Assembly: GCA_976551045.1 (NCBI GenBank)
Contig: CDPCPM010000149.1
Coordinates: forward strand, 496,001 to 560,000
DNA from: Glaucostegus cemiculus
Lineage: Eukaryota
Reading direction: 5' to 3'
Length of the DNA stretch: 64,000 nt
Shown here: positions 41,620-53,709 of the stretch, one piece after another
Layout: each line of letters begins with the position of its first letter
How positions within the stretch are numbered: the first letter of the stretch is position 1
Made by a program: the position numbers and the translations under genes
Notes under the pieces: generated by a model
The model's input: only the letters and a program-made list of their open reading frames with translations
Database searches by the model: none
Told to the model about the DNA's origin: nothing

Positions 41620-41790
41620 TCAGGAAGGAAAGCTGCTGAAAGGCTGGAATCAATGGTGGAAGAACTTCTGCAGTTATTTAGAGCTTGGTGGGCACCATGA
41701 ATGAACAGAGACGAACTCAGGAACTCAAAAGGTTAGCAAAAAGAATATATCAATGACACCTCATACACAGTCAAGGTCAATGAATGAGTC
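41620..41790 (+). pseudogene. Possible fossil Harbinger Myb/SANT-like partner ORF exon
   Basis: LESMVEE..AW and a degenerate KK..ND.LI..VK before gtcaat; lies next to the transposase relic in convergent orientation. Confidence 0.35.
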
Positions 41791-42224
41791 TTCAAAATGC
41801 ATCTCCAAATAACTGACCCACCACATCAAATCCTACTCAATGCACCTAATCTCGGCCACCTACCAAATAAAACCCTCCAACAGGGCTTGCAATTAATTTC
41901 ACATTCTCATAAACTTAACACTACTTCAACCTTCGTATACACATCTCACATTGACCAAGCATTCAGCCCTGAAAGGGAAGTCACACAAACATGTCACACA
42001 GCATCCACTGACACACTTACCCCTGGAACTTGCAGAAGATGCTACAAAACACATACCATAAGCAGTAAATTAACACATTTCACAATCAGCTTAAATGGTT
42101 CATCCCCTGTAAGAATAATTGCAACCTATAGTTCAGAAGACAGAAAATGAGAGTACTACCAGTTACTCTTCATCCTACATGTTAAATGGTGCAAACATCA
42201 TCTCTCACTTTCTCATGCACCAGA

Positions 42225-42625
42225 CCCAACATAATTGATGAGCATCATAATAAAGAGCATTTCCATAACATGTGGGTCCGCTGCAGACTGAAATACCTAC
42301 AAATGTTCCCCAAATCAGTCTGGAAAGATCAAGAGGCATGGAAATCGATGCCCAACATGACTTTCATAGCCACCAAAAGTGCGGTTCTGGCCAGGGTCTA
42401 TGGTTGTAATTTGTCACATGCTCAATCAGCAGTTCCTCGGAAAAAAAAATCAACCTCAGGCATTGCACATGTGAAAAATGCTACCATAAAATCTTCTGTG
42501 AACAGGGCTTCCTGAGCTTTTCCCCTTCTTCCTTTTCCTCTCTTTTAGCAAGCTTTTCTGCTCTGTACCTCCTCTACTTATTCACTCTCTTACTCTGGAC
42601 ATCAACTGGAATGCTCATCATGGTG
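42225..42625 (-). pseudogene. Fossil PIF/Harbinger (HARBI1-like) transposase N-terminal region
   Basis: Minus strand RKPCSQKI..., QCLRL..FSEELLIE, LQP*TLARTALLVAMKVMLGIDFHAS*SFQTDLGNIC/GI/QSAA..VMEMLF; fits HARBI1-type ALxVxxKVxxALxFxASGSFQ...GISQS; stops and frameshifts. Confidence 0.75.
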
Positions 42626-42823
42626 TCTGGGAGCAATACAATTTGATTGAAACCTAGGAAACAAAAAGCTTTATTTCACCGATATATCACTATAGATTTC
42701 AGTTTGCATGATCAGGTTTACAACTAGAAACAAGTCTTCCTATGAATAGATAATTCCTTGCAAACAGTACAGTATTGGAGGGTGGGGGTTGATGGGGGTG
42801 CGGAGGGGGATCATTCCTGCTGC

Positions 42824-43345
42824 TGTAGGAAAGATGCGGTTAATAGGAAAGAGTGCAGAGATTTACGAGGATGTTGCCAGGACTAGAGGGCCTAAGTTAT
42901 AGGGAGAGGTTGGCCAGGCCAGATCTTTACTCCTTGGAACACAGGAGAATGAGGGATGACCTAACAAAAATATTTAAAATTATGAGAGACCTAGATAAGA
43001 TGGATGGTAACAGTCTCCCCCCCCCCCCCCCCCCCCAAGAGTAGGGGAGTCCAAAACTAGGAGGCATAGATTTAGGGTGAGGGGAAAGATTTAAAAAAAG
43101 AACCAGAGGGCTAACCTTCCCCCACACAGAGGGTGCTGAGTATGTGGAACAAGCTGTGAGAGGTAGTAATTGAGGCAGGTACAATAGTATAATTTAAGCA
43201 GCACTTGGATGGGTACATGAAGGGGCTGTCCTTAGAAGGATATGGGCCGAACGCAGGAAATTGGGACTAGCTGGGTGGGTATCTAGTCAGCATAGACTCA
43301 TTGGGCCAGAGGGCCTGTATCCATGCTGCATTGATCTATGACCCT
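42824..43345 (+). mobile_element. CR1/HER1 LINE 3' part containing a C20 run
   Basis: QRFTRMLPGLEGLSYRERLARPDLYSLEHRRMRDDL..IFKIMR; SKTRRHRFRVRG; tail gactcattgggccagagggcctgta. Confidence 0.92.
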
Positions 43346-43419
43346 AAATGGCTGGTTCAAGTCAACATTGTTCATGCATTGACTTCACAATTCATCAGTT
43401 TTCATTCTTCTGCATTTAC

Positions 43420-43620
43420 CTATGGGATATAGACATCGCTGGCAAGGGTAGTATTTTTTTTTACATCCATGTTAAAAGTAAGTGATGTTATAGATGGATA
43501 GGCTGTTGGTCAAGCTCATTTTTAAGATGACAAGGTTTTGTAGATTTGGATGATCCAATAAGTTGCTAGAGTTTTGATTTTTCCCCTGAAGGTCATCTGG
43601 AGGGAATCTGACTCATTTGC
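43420..43620 (-). mobile_element. Old SINE/LINE tail of the 51975 family
   Basis: tgggatatagacatcgctggcaagggtagtatt is the reverse complement of the tail at 52325-52360. Confidence 0.5.
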
Positions 43621-46600
43621 CACTCACTTGGACACAAGCTGTCCAAAAGCAGAGATAATTATTGGAGACAAGGAAAGTGGTGAAGAATTAAAGATTACAA
43701 TGTCATTAACATAAATAGGGACCTCATGTCTACAGACCAAATCACCAAGGTGCACCACATACATCAGCAAAGAGAAGAACCAAGAAGGTATCTTTGTAAA
43801 TCACTGGTAGAGGTTCTGAGCAATGGAATCTCTTATGGGAGATAAAATAGCTGCCTTTGCACTTTGGAATGGAGCCTGCATGATGAATGCCCCCACTAAA
43901 CCCCCCCCCCCCAAGCAAAAAAAAAGGAACAAGGAAGAAAGATAATACAAGAAGAATGGCACATTCATCAAAAGCAGAAGGAGACTGACGAGAGCAAGAA
44001 AGGAAAAAATGTATCACAGGCTCAGGCAATGATAATTTGTGAATTTGGTCTAGTTAACTGTAATGCAGTAAGTAGGGCAGGAACAACTAAAGAGGTTGAA
44101 GAGGGAACCTTCTGAGCTTGTTCCAGAATTTAGAGAAGCAAGTACATTTGAGTCTTGTTCAGAAAATAAAAGATTAAAGGTAGGAAAGTTGAACAGATTG
44201 GATGGATCAAAAATAGTTACAAATTTTATGTCCCATTGCTCATAAAACCCAAGTCCCAAGCATAAAGTGGGCAGATAAATTGTCTAGCATTGGTTAGAGG
44301 AGGGAGAGCAAATAGTTAGGTGGGCACAGCAAACATGACAGCCTTGAGCATTCAACTTCCTTGGAGAAATGTATGCATTGCTTGTCAAGTTATGGAGAGA
44401 AGGAAAAATGATCTAAGTGTTAACAATTACTGAAGTTACTGAAAGTAGCTCAAGTCCTTCATACTCAAGTCCAGTCATCATTTTCAAAAGCACCAAAGAG
44501 CAAACACAACAGCCGTTTCTGACATATTCTATTCACAAAATAAGTCCTGTTAGTGACAGCACGACAGACTGCATACATCTGCTGGGAAATAGCCAGATGA
44601 CAATGGAAATATTTTCTTGCCTTCCTAGGCTGAGCAGGTCTTATATAAAGAAAAATGCAAGCATTTTAGTTGAATTTATTTTTCTAGCTACTGATATGTT
44701 GCAATTATACAAAAAACATTGAATTCTGCAACCAATTTCTTGACACCACAAAATTCAGAGCAATAGACATTATGTATTAAATACAATATCAATGGTTCTT
44801 TATTATAATATAAAACCATCTTACAGAATTCCATATGTACAATTTTAATACCTTACTAACATCCTAGAAGTTAATATTTATTAAATTTAACTTTTAGCAG
44901 AAATTCCTTGGCATGTTCAAACCTACCTCTATCAGTCAATTAAAAGTTGTATAATATTGCATGAATTTATGAAAATGCATTTGGTTCTAACACTTTATTA
45001 AATCACAAGTACAACTGTTTGATTTACAAGTTTCAAAGAAATGTATAAGACTGACCAAATTCACATCAAAAACCACACTAGCACAGCTAATACAATTTCT
45101 TATTTCAACACTAGTTGTCTTATTGCCATAGTTTCACAAATCTAAAAAAAATCTACAATGAACTGTTTTATCATCAGAAATAATTAAAATTATTTTGAAT
45201 GAGAGAGAAAAAAGCTTTTAGCATTGCTGTCAATGATCCTGAGAGCTTGCTTTGACTCTGTTAAACACAAATACTAATTTTAAACAATATATAGATATTC
45301 TCTGACCCAAGGCCAAATGCTCGACAAGTTTTGACGTGTTAAGTAGAATAATTTTACTGATGAAACTACATGTAGCAAGTATTGTTAAGGGACTGGATCA
45401 ATGATTTAAAGCACTGAGAAACTGAAACATGTTTTCCTGTTTTTATCTGCAATGAGGTGTACAAATTACAAAGCAAAATTTGTAGAGCCATTTTTTCAGC
45501 TATCCACCATTCATTTTATTTTATCATATGGCAGGTTATACACAACACATTTGCTGCCTTACTATGGATTATGATGTTTAATCTAACTTCAAAACAAGCA
45601 TTACACTATCTATTGTCTTTTTGTTTTTTTAAACACGGGGAAACAATTCTGTGTAACAATTTCATTGAAATAGTTTATGACGATAATAGTGAAAGAACAA
45701 CCAGGCTATGTTCCAGAACAAAATAGAGGTGAGCATATATGGAACCCAGAGAGATTCTGTTGACATCTCTAAATTTATTACGATATCATGAATATATTAC
45801 CCTTGTGGTTTGCTTTGAAATAAAATTGAAACCAATGAAGGATAACTGATGGAAAACAGCTCAGAAGTCAATCTAATTTAATTTATAGTATTAACTTAAA
45901 TTTCTCTTTGAAACTAAAGGTAATTAGATTTTGAAAATTACTGACAAGTGAATTAAACAAAAAAAAGAAATTGCTTGTTATATACTGGTAGCTTTATTCC
46001 ATGATCCTGTACAAGCGATGATATTGATCAGAAGTATTTAGGAGAACCAATATCTCAAGCTTAACATCATTACATAGAGCATTCCTTGTTTAAGATGGTA
46101 TACAGAACATCTTTTCAGGTTAGAACCAAGCCTCAAAAGTCTCCACTGACAAAATGCTGCAAGATATATTTGTCTTTATTTTAAATCAATTTACTGTGTG
46201 CAATACAAACTCTACAAGGTAAATCTGTAAAGATGAGTGCAAGAACCTAACATTTCATTTCATTATGAAAAGACTTCTCAAAAAAAAACAAACAGAAAAC
46301 TAGGCAAGACAAAACCAAAGTAACTTATTCTAACGTGAGCTCTTTGAATAATACGAGTCAAAACTGTTGATGGCCATTTCTAACTATTTTACCACTCATT
46401 CTTTAATAAATCTAACTCTGATGATTGCTTTACTATGCCCAAAAACCTAATCAGGAAGTCAGGATTTGCCTTGCATGGAGACATTCAGTGCAGTGATGTC
46501 ACTTTCCACAACATTTGATGAGATGTGTGTAATTATGTTTTCTCTGAAAAACCGAGCCAATATTTCCACAGTTCTTGTGGAAACTAACAGGAGCTGATGT

Positions 46601-46863
46601 GTTTTATTTTCTCATCTTTAACAAATTGCATTCAAAATTCCAGAGTTTTTTTAACCTTCCAGTTAAATATCAAACTAAAAACAAAGAATTTTATTACAGT
46701 TTTATTACTAATTTGTAGTAATGAACTGGTTTCACAAATGGTTGTTTTAGTGTGAAGAATATTGTTGGCTGATAATTCAGTTTGTATTTTGCTTTAACTA
46801 TGGCATGGATAAATGTATTGATGAGTTCTAAGTCAGCAGATTCACAAAACAGACTCCTGTAAC

Positions 46864-46965
46864 AAGTTCTGATGGTGGGTCGTCAACCTGAAACGCCAAG
46901 CTTACTTTTCTTCCCACAGGTGCAGCCTGACCTGCTGAGTATTTCCAGCATTTTCTGGTTTCATC
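46864..46965 (+). mobile_element. Penelope-like terminus with decayed hammerhead
   Basis: aagtt-ctgatgg-tgggtcgtcaacct-gaaa-cgcc, followed by gcctgacctgctgagtatttccagcattttct. Confidence 0.75.
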
Positions 46966-47509
46966 CTGTAACATAACTTATGCTACAAGCCAGTCCACAT
47001 GTACATTTTCCAATGACATTAAAAAGTTGACATAGAAGGCCATTAACAACTATTTTAAACCTAGAGTACATTCTTCTAGATTTTAAGATCAAATCATTTA
47101 TAAAATATTCTTTCAGTGTATGAAACATTTATAGTGGACTAATTCTTACTAGTAAAAAATTGTCAGTTCTGTCATGAACTATCAGCATTTACCCGTATAC
47201 ATGTAAGCAAGATGAGAGCTTCAGCATAAGTGCACAAGAATGAAGAATTCCCAAATAATCCTTTCAGACAGCAAATCTACTTGCTCCTTCTGCTGCTAGA
47301 TCCCACATGGAATCCTGCTGCTGAAGAACAAACTTCTTGAGATTGACTAGCATTTATACAGGCAGATCTGCTCATGGATCTTGCACAGGTTAAACCAGGG
47401 ACTAGATTCACTATCTACCAACTCCACTAATTTTAATGGTCTTAAAACTACAAGGAATAATATAATCTCTATACAATTTAAAATGTTGGAATTGCAAATA
47501 ATTATTCAC

Positions 47510-47765
47510 AGCTCCAGGACCCCATGGGGCACTTGTACATTCTCCTCTTGACCACATGGATTTCTGCCAGGTGCTCTGGTTTTCCTCCACATCCCAAAAC
47601 ATGGTAATAGATTATTTGACTACTGTAGATTAGTGTTGATAAGCAGCAAAGTGGAGTTGATGGATTCATGAGAAAGGTTTGGCTGTAGGGTTACAGCAAA
47701 GGACGGGCAGGGATAAAATTGCTCTGCTGGGAGTCAGTAGGGCTGATTGGTTTCTTTCTGTATTA
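47510..47765 (+). mobile_element. Older V-SINE
   Basis: ttgtacattctcctcttgaccacatggatttctgccaggtgctctggttttctccacatcccaaa. Confidence 0.75.
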
Positions 47766-48679
47766 TAAGCAGGTACTGTTTTACAAAATATTTACAATAG
47801 CTTTTAAGTTCTAAGTGCAAACTAAGACCTTCACAACTTTGATAGATGACAGAGCAGAGGCTGTGGCTTTGCTGTCTATCTAGCAGTTCCTTTATGGGGT
47901 TTCTTCTGGCTTAATAACATCAGCCAAAACTTAAGTGTGAGTGGTGAGCTGCACAGGAAAATATGGATTAAATTTTTATATCTGAAACATACAAGGTGTC
48001 ATCAAATTAATTTTGTATAACAAACCCATTTAAAATAGAAGGTGAATAAGTTGCTCACATTTAGTATAAAAAAAGCCTTTGATGAATCAATAACATTTAC
48101 AATAACAAGATGGCTGCTAAAACTCCGGGAACTCAACTGTAACATATTTCTGTTAATTGAAGGTGGGACATTTCAACTGTTTTCAATTTCCCAAAAGGGT
48201 TAATCTCTTGAAACAGCTCCATCATTACATATGACAGAAAATATACTCATTAGTGCTGAAAGTCAATCTTGCTAAACGCTTTGGAAATAACCACAGCTTT
48301 GCAACTTCACATTAATCATAAGTTTTAAAGCCAACTTAAACTCAAGCTATTATAAAGGATTATTATGACTTAAATCACTGATCCTACGAAACCAACGATC
48401 CTCATATTAATAAGAAGCATCAACTACCCAAGTGCATTGGGGAAAGTGTACTTCCCTGAAGGATTGGTTAAATGTCAACACCATGTTGACAATGTAAGCT
48501 GTAGATAAAGTATGATTACTGGATTCTCCAACTGTATCTGTACTGCTAGACTATGTATGCAATATTACCATATCTAAATGTGCTGATAACAATCAGAAAT
48601 TAGCACTGAGGCGAGTCTGGCATTAAATCAGGTTATACCCAAAACTAAGTGATTCAATACGCTCAGCCTTTTTTACACT

Positions 48680-48908
48680 GGGTATTTTCTCTACCCCAGA
48701 GGGCTGTGGAAGCTAGAACACTGGAGGTACTTAAAAAGGAAGTAAACACATTTTTGAAAAGAAAAAACTTGGAATTGCAGGCTATGTGGAACTGGCAGAG
48801 AAAAGGAGATAAGGCTGGGGAGGATCAGCCATGATCATATTTAGCAGTGAGGCTACTTGAGGGGCTAAGTAGTCTAGTCCTGCTCCTATTTTCTTGGATT
48901 CTTGAGTT
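48680..48908 (+). mobile_element. CR1 3' end
   Basis: SLPQRAVEA..L.VLKKEV.TFL; gatcagccatgatcatat; cctgctcctattttctt. Confidence 0.85.
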
Positions 48909-49414
48909 CCTTTAGCAGAAATTAAAATGTTACATCATTATTGATGTGGAAGAAGCAACTTCATCATTCAGAAATGTTTCAAATCTGTAGATCATTTGTT
49001 CACTTCTAGCTACAGTAAAAATTAGATCTTATTCTAGGTGAAAATAGATTGATGGGGAGATTCCTTCTCAACTAATTGTTCCATGAAAGTATTCAGTAAG
49101 TAGATTATGATGCTTTAACTCATTAGATAATGCATAATGTTCAGTCTTCAAAGAAGATTGGCCAATATATTTTATGGAAGCAAAAAGACTCTTAACAACT
49201 AATAAACCTCTGTATTAAAAGTTTGGGACATTCTAACCAAACATCTACTATCTTTGCTTGCTGTGACATCATTTAGCATGTTTGAAATATGGAAAATGTC
49301 AAAATTACTCTGGGTCGAGAACTACATTGTAGTACATCTGCAAAAGTAGCTTGGTAGCACAAGCAAGCTGGGTAATTAGCAAGACTTAGGTCTGACGGAG
49401 ATAGTAAACCAATA

Positions 49415-50195
49415 TATAAACATACAAGGACCAGTAGGGCACTTGGCACCTTATGCCTACTCCACCTTTTAATAAGACCACGGCTCTTCTGATTGTAACA
49501 TCAAGTCCACATTCCCACCTACCCATAGTAAACACTCATCCCTTTATCAAAAATCTGTTTTTGCCTTAAAAATATTCAAAGCTTCCACATCAACTGCTCC
49601 TTGAGGAAAAAAAAGTTACAATGACTCTTAACCCTCAAAAAATATTTTGCCTCATCCCTCTTATTTTTCAAAAGTGAACCCTAGTTGTAGATACTCCCAC
49701 CAGAGGACATCCTCTCCGCATCCACAGTTGCATAGTGGTTAGCACAATGCTTTACAGTGCCAGTGACACGGGTTCAAATCCGGCCACTGTCTGTAAGGAG
49801 TTTGTATGTTCCCCCCGTGTCTGTATGGGTTTCCTCCGACATTCCAAAGACGTACAGGTTAGGAAGTTACAGGCATGCTATGTTGGCACCGGAAGCATGG
49901 TGGCGCTTGCGGGCTGCCCCCCAAATTCACTACGCAAAAGATGTATTTCAATGTACATGTGACTAATAAAGATCTTATCAATGAGTTAGTTTTCCTAACT
50001 ACTTGCTATATATGCATACTAGTCTTTTGCAAACCACACATTAGGATAGTTAGATCCCTCTGCATCTCAGAGCTTTGCATTCTGTTGCTATTTAGATAAT
50101 AGGCTTCACTTTTCTTACTAAAATGAGCAATTTCAAATGTTCCCACTTCATTAAACATTTTCCTGATGTTTGCCCATTCATACAGCCCATCAATT
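49415..50195 (-). mobile_element. Degraded CR1 interrupted by a V-SINE
   Basis: CR1 tail at 49415-49727; QRDLTIL and HFS motifs on the minus strand at 49985-50195. Confidence 0.7.
49728..49979 (+). mobile_element. V-SINE, tail type A
   Basis: ggttcaaatccggccactgtctgtaaggagtttgt...gtgactaataaagatcttatc. Confidence 0.92.
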
Positions 50196-50214
50196 TCAAC
50201 TAGTGGTATAGCTG

Positions 50215-50535
50215 GTATTGCAGCTACCACAAAGCTCCTTTGACAAGCTTCAATCCTGACCTTGGGTGCAGACGGTACAGAGTTCGTATGTTCTTCTTGT
50301 GACTACATGGGCTTCACTCGAGGGCTTTGATTTTCTCCCACATTCCAAGGACGTGCTGATAGAGTAATTGGCTGTGCTATACTGTCCGTAGCATAGATGA
50401 GTAGTAGGAAAATTCAGGGGAGAGGAGTAGATAACCTATTCTCTCTCAGATGCCCAAGACAAAATAGAGGAAAATAGAAATGCTCCAAGAACCTGTGTAG
50501 ATTCAGTGGGGTGAATGACCTCCTCCTTTGTCATT
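50215..50535 (+). mobile_element. Older V-SINE
   Basis: ttcaatcctgaccttgggtgc...gagttcgtatgttc...ctcccacattccaaggacgtgctg. Confidence 0.75.
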
Positions 50536-50599
50536 AGAACATGCAAAAACAAAAAATAAAGATTTAATTATATTCAAGCACATACTAATAAGTTGCGAA

Positions 50600-51200
50600 T
50601 AACATTCATGCTTTGAAAATGCCAGGCAATACTCATCTCCATAAGAGAGCCCAACCACCCATCTTTAACACTGGAGAAACTCCTCTGAATCAGCCACATA
50701 AATACCCCAAAGCCTTTCCAAAATCTATGAGAGAGAAGTCAGTATATTCTTTACTTGCCTGAACAAATGCAGGTCTAACAACACTTCAGTAGCTCAACAC
50801 CAATTCAGACAAAAGAGCCCAGTTGTTTGGCCTCCCTGAACATTCATCCACTCCAACATGGGAAGAGCACAATCTGAAGATTTCATTCTAAGCACCACCA
50901 TACCAATTTGAAAATACATCATCAATTCTGATGAAGGGTCTCTGACCTGAAATGCCAATTGTTTCTCTTTCCATAGATGCTGGCTGACCTGCTGAGCGTT
51001 TCCAGTATTTTCTGTTTTTATTTCAGATTTGCAGAATTAGCAAGTCTTTTTTCCCCCCATTTGGACATATATTCATTCACTATAATAAATCCAGAAATTC
51101 TACCTAACAGCATTCTGGGTTTACATTCTCAAGAGCAATTAGCAACAGGTAATAAATTCTAGCTTTGCTAGCAACATCCACATTTCAAAATTGAACAAAT
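50600..51200 (+). mobile_element. Degraded CR1/L2-group LINE (51975 family) interrupted by a Penelope terminus
   Basis: aaatgccaggcaat..catctcc, caacacttcagtagctcaacacc, tacctaacagcattctggg, gcaattag...aataaat..tagctttgctagcaac. Confidence 0.6.
50923..51050 (+). mobile_element. Penelope-like terminus with best-preserved minimal hammerhead
   Basis: caatt-CTGATGA-agggtc-tct-gacct-GAAA-tgcc-aattg, then agatgctggctgacctgctgagcgtttccag. Confidence 0.8.
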
Positions 51201-51974
51201 AACATTTATCCTTTTCCTACAAAAGGTGGCTTTGTAACATGGAACAAAATTAGAATTGTGCAGTAATACTGTTCAAAACAAGGAGAGAAATATCTACAGC
51301 CCAGATGGTACCACACAGAAAGCACAGGTATCATACAAAAATTTAGGTTAGTCGATGAAGTGACCAATTAACACAAGTTAATCATTATTTTTTTAAAAAG
51401 TGATTCCTTATTATACATATTACTTTCTAGACATACAAATTACTAAAAATATACACAAGACAAATATAATGTAACTAGACATAACACAATGCAGGCTTGT
51501 CCAGTAGAATTATTAATCATCATGCTACTTGCCTAGATCAATAAACTTGTGTACTTTTTTTTAGAAAGCATCATCAGGCCTAACTCACCAATGAGGATGT
51601 TAAATCATTTTTGTCAACATAAGTTCTAAAAAAAGAATTGAAAACTCAGTGCTGCAAACTGCCGGCTGTAATGTGTTTAGACCAGCACTTCTCTGTCATC
51701 CGCACTTGCTCAATCAAATACAGAAGTCCAAGGCAAGTTGGACATTTCCTGTTCCATTACTGGATTCAGTATTGCATGCCATGGCATTACATTGACATGC
51801 TTAGGAGAGGGGTCAGATGCACTCTGCATCCTGACTCTCATCCCATTTGAAAAGCTGTGCAGCACATGAATAATCATTTGAATCGGGTCACTGACTCTGT
51901 GCAATAAATAGCAGAGATTAAGGGTTTACATTATTGTATTTTATTATAGCATTTTTATTTGTTGGTATTGACAC

Positions 51975-52375
51975 TAGTCAGGACCAAGCAAATCCATTTG
52001 ACTGACACCATCAACCACTCTCAACATTCATTCCCTCCACCACCAGTACAAAGTGGCTGCAAAGAGCATAACCTACAAAATGCATGTACTTACAGAGGCT
52101 ACTTCAACAACAACTTACAACCTCTACCACCAGGGTCAGGGAACCACCTGCAGCTCACCCACCATTCTGGTTTCAAAATATATTACTGATCCTTCTTCCT
52201 CTCTGGTTTTAGATCCTGGAACATCCTACCCAACTGTAGCGTGGGGCTAACTTCTCCAGAAAGACTTCAGCTGCTCAAGGCAGTGGCTCATCACCACCTC
52301 TACAAGGGCAAACAGGAATGGGCAATACATGCTAGCATTGCCAGCAATGCCATGATCCTGAAAGGTGAATAAACA
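51975..52375 (+). mobile_element. CR1/L2-group LINE 3' end (HSLHH motif family)
   Basis: TPSTTLNIHSLHHQYKVAAKSITYKMH; tail ggctcatcaccacctctacaagggcaa...atgggcaatacatgctagcattgccagc. Confidence 0.75.
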
Positions 52376-52814
52376 ATACTTTTAAGATGTCTTTAATCAA
52401 ATTGCCTATTTAAATGTGTAATGAATCGAAATCTGTTCAAGTAATTTTTAAATATCTGTTTAAAACCTTTTAAACAGAGGCAAGGTTGTCAGAGTGTTAC
52501 AGGGTTGGACCCATTGGTACTTCATGCAAGGCCTATTCAGCACCTTGTGTGATGGCTCTCAGGTATGGAGGATCAGCTGGAACAGCCCTCCATATCTGGA
52601 AAAACCATGCCTAGGAGGGCAGTCACCCAATCCTGGCAGTGAGCCAGGGCCAGCATAATCCAGCCCTATATATATTATTGTATACTTGTTCCTCACTTGA
52701 TTATAAATGGTCCAAATTTCTAATCACCCTTCATGCTGCTATCTGAAACACTGGCTGTGCAAACTGTATTATAACTTCATGCATGTGACTTGTTATTCAT
52801 TTTGCACAAAAAAA

Positions 52815-53145
52815 AGGCTGCAGGGTGACCTAACAGAGGTCATTAAAATTATGAAGCATTTTGATATTGCAAAGGCAAAGAAGGCATTTCTACTTGAAGT
52901 AGATGTCTAGAGGCCATCAATAAAAAAAAAAGAGTTGCCTGGAAATCCATCCTGGGGCTTCAGAACAAACCCCTTTACCCAAAGGGTGGTGAAAATGTGG
53001 AACAAGGAGTGGCTGAAGCAAAAGAAAAACAAGCTGGAAACATACGAGGAAGAAACGCTGACAGATTTAAATGAGGAATGATTGGAGAAGGCTCAATTGG
53101 TTATATTGAGCCGACTTTTTCAGCACTGTATATGCTGTCTAATCT
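52815..53145 (+). mobile_element. Old CR1 3' part
   Basis: RLQGDLTEVIKIMKHFD; FTQRVVKMWN. Confidence 0.8.
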
Positions 53146-53574
53146 ATGTACATACATTTCAATGATGAAAGCAATTGAAAACCCAATAAGAATAAATAGT
53201 ACTATGCTATCTGGTTTTATTTGATTCTGTGTTACAAACCTACAGATCTTACCAGCTCTATATAGTGTACTTTTATTCACTGAGGATTTTCAATTGAACT
53301 ACATCATTTCTTTTCTTAAAAATTACAAGTCATCTATCAACTTGTTGTTCACATGTAATTATACATATTCAAACTGTAGTTTGAGTGTTTTCAATTGAGA
53401 TTTCTGAGAGAAATGAACATCAATAATCTCAATATTTTAGATTGCAATATGGTAGCATTAAAACACCCATATATTTATTCCCTATCGTCAACATTTCTTG
53501 TTTGCTTCAAAGTAATAGTGGTAAGTATTCTTAAATAACCTTAGCTATGGGCCACTTCAAAGTCTATCACTAGA

Positions 53575-53708
53575 TTAAATGCACTGCAGTTACACAATCT
53601 GACTTCAACAGCAGCTCCCAAACCCAAGGCCTCTAATACCAACGGCAGAAGGTGCCTGGGAACACCATGACCTGCAGCTTCCCTTCCTGTCACACACCAC
53701 CCTGACTT
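53575..53708 (+). mobile_element. HSLHH-family LINE, left part (split by CR1)
   Basis: gcactgcag...cagcagctcccaaaccca...gggaacacca..acctgcag..cacaccaccctgactt, colinear with 52080-52170. Confidence 0.7.
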
Positions 53709-53709
53709 A

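Noticed and set aside
48427-48493. Run of small hairpins (e.g. tgtcaaca-cca-tgttgaca)
   Set aside because: Stems of 8 bp or less are expected by chance at this length and composition
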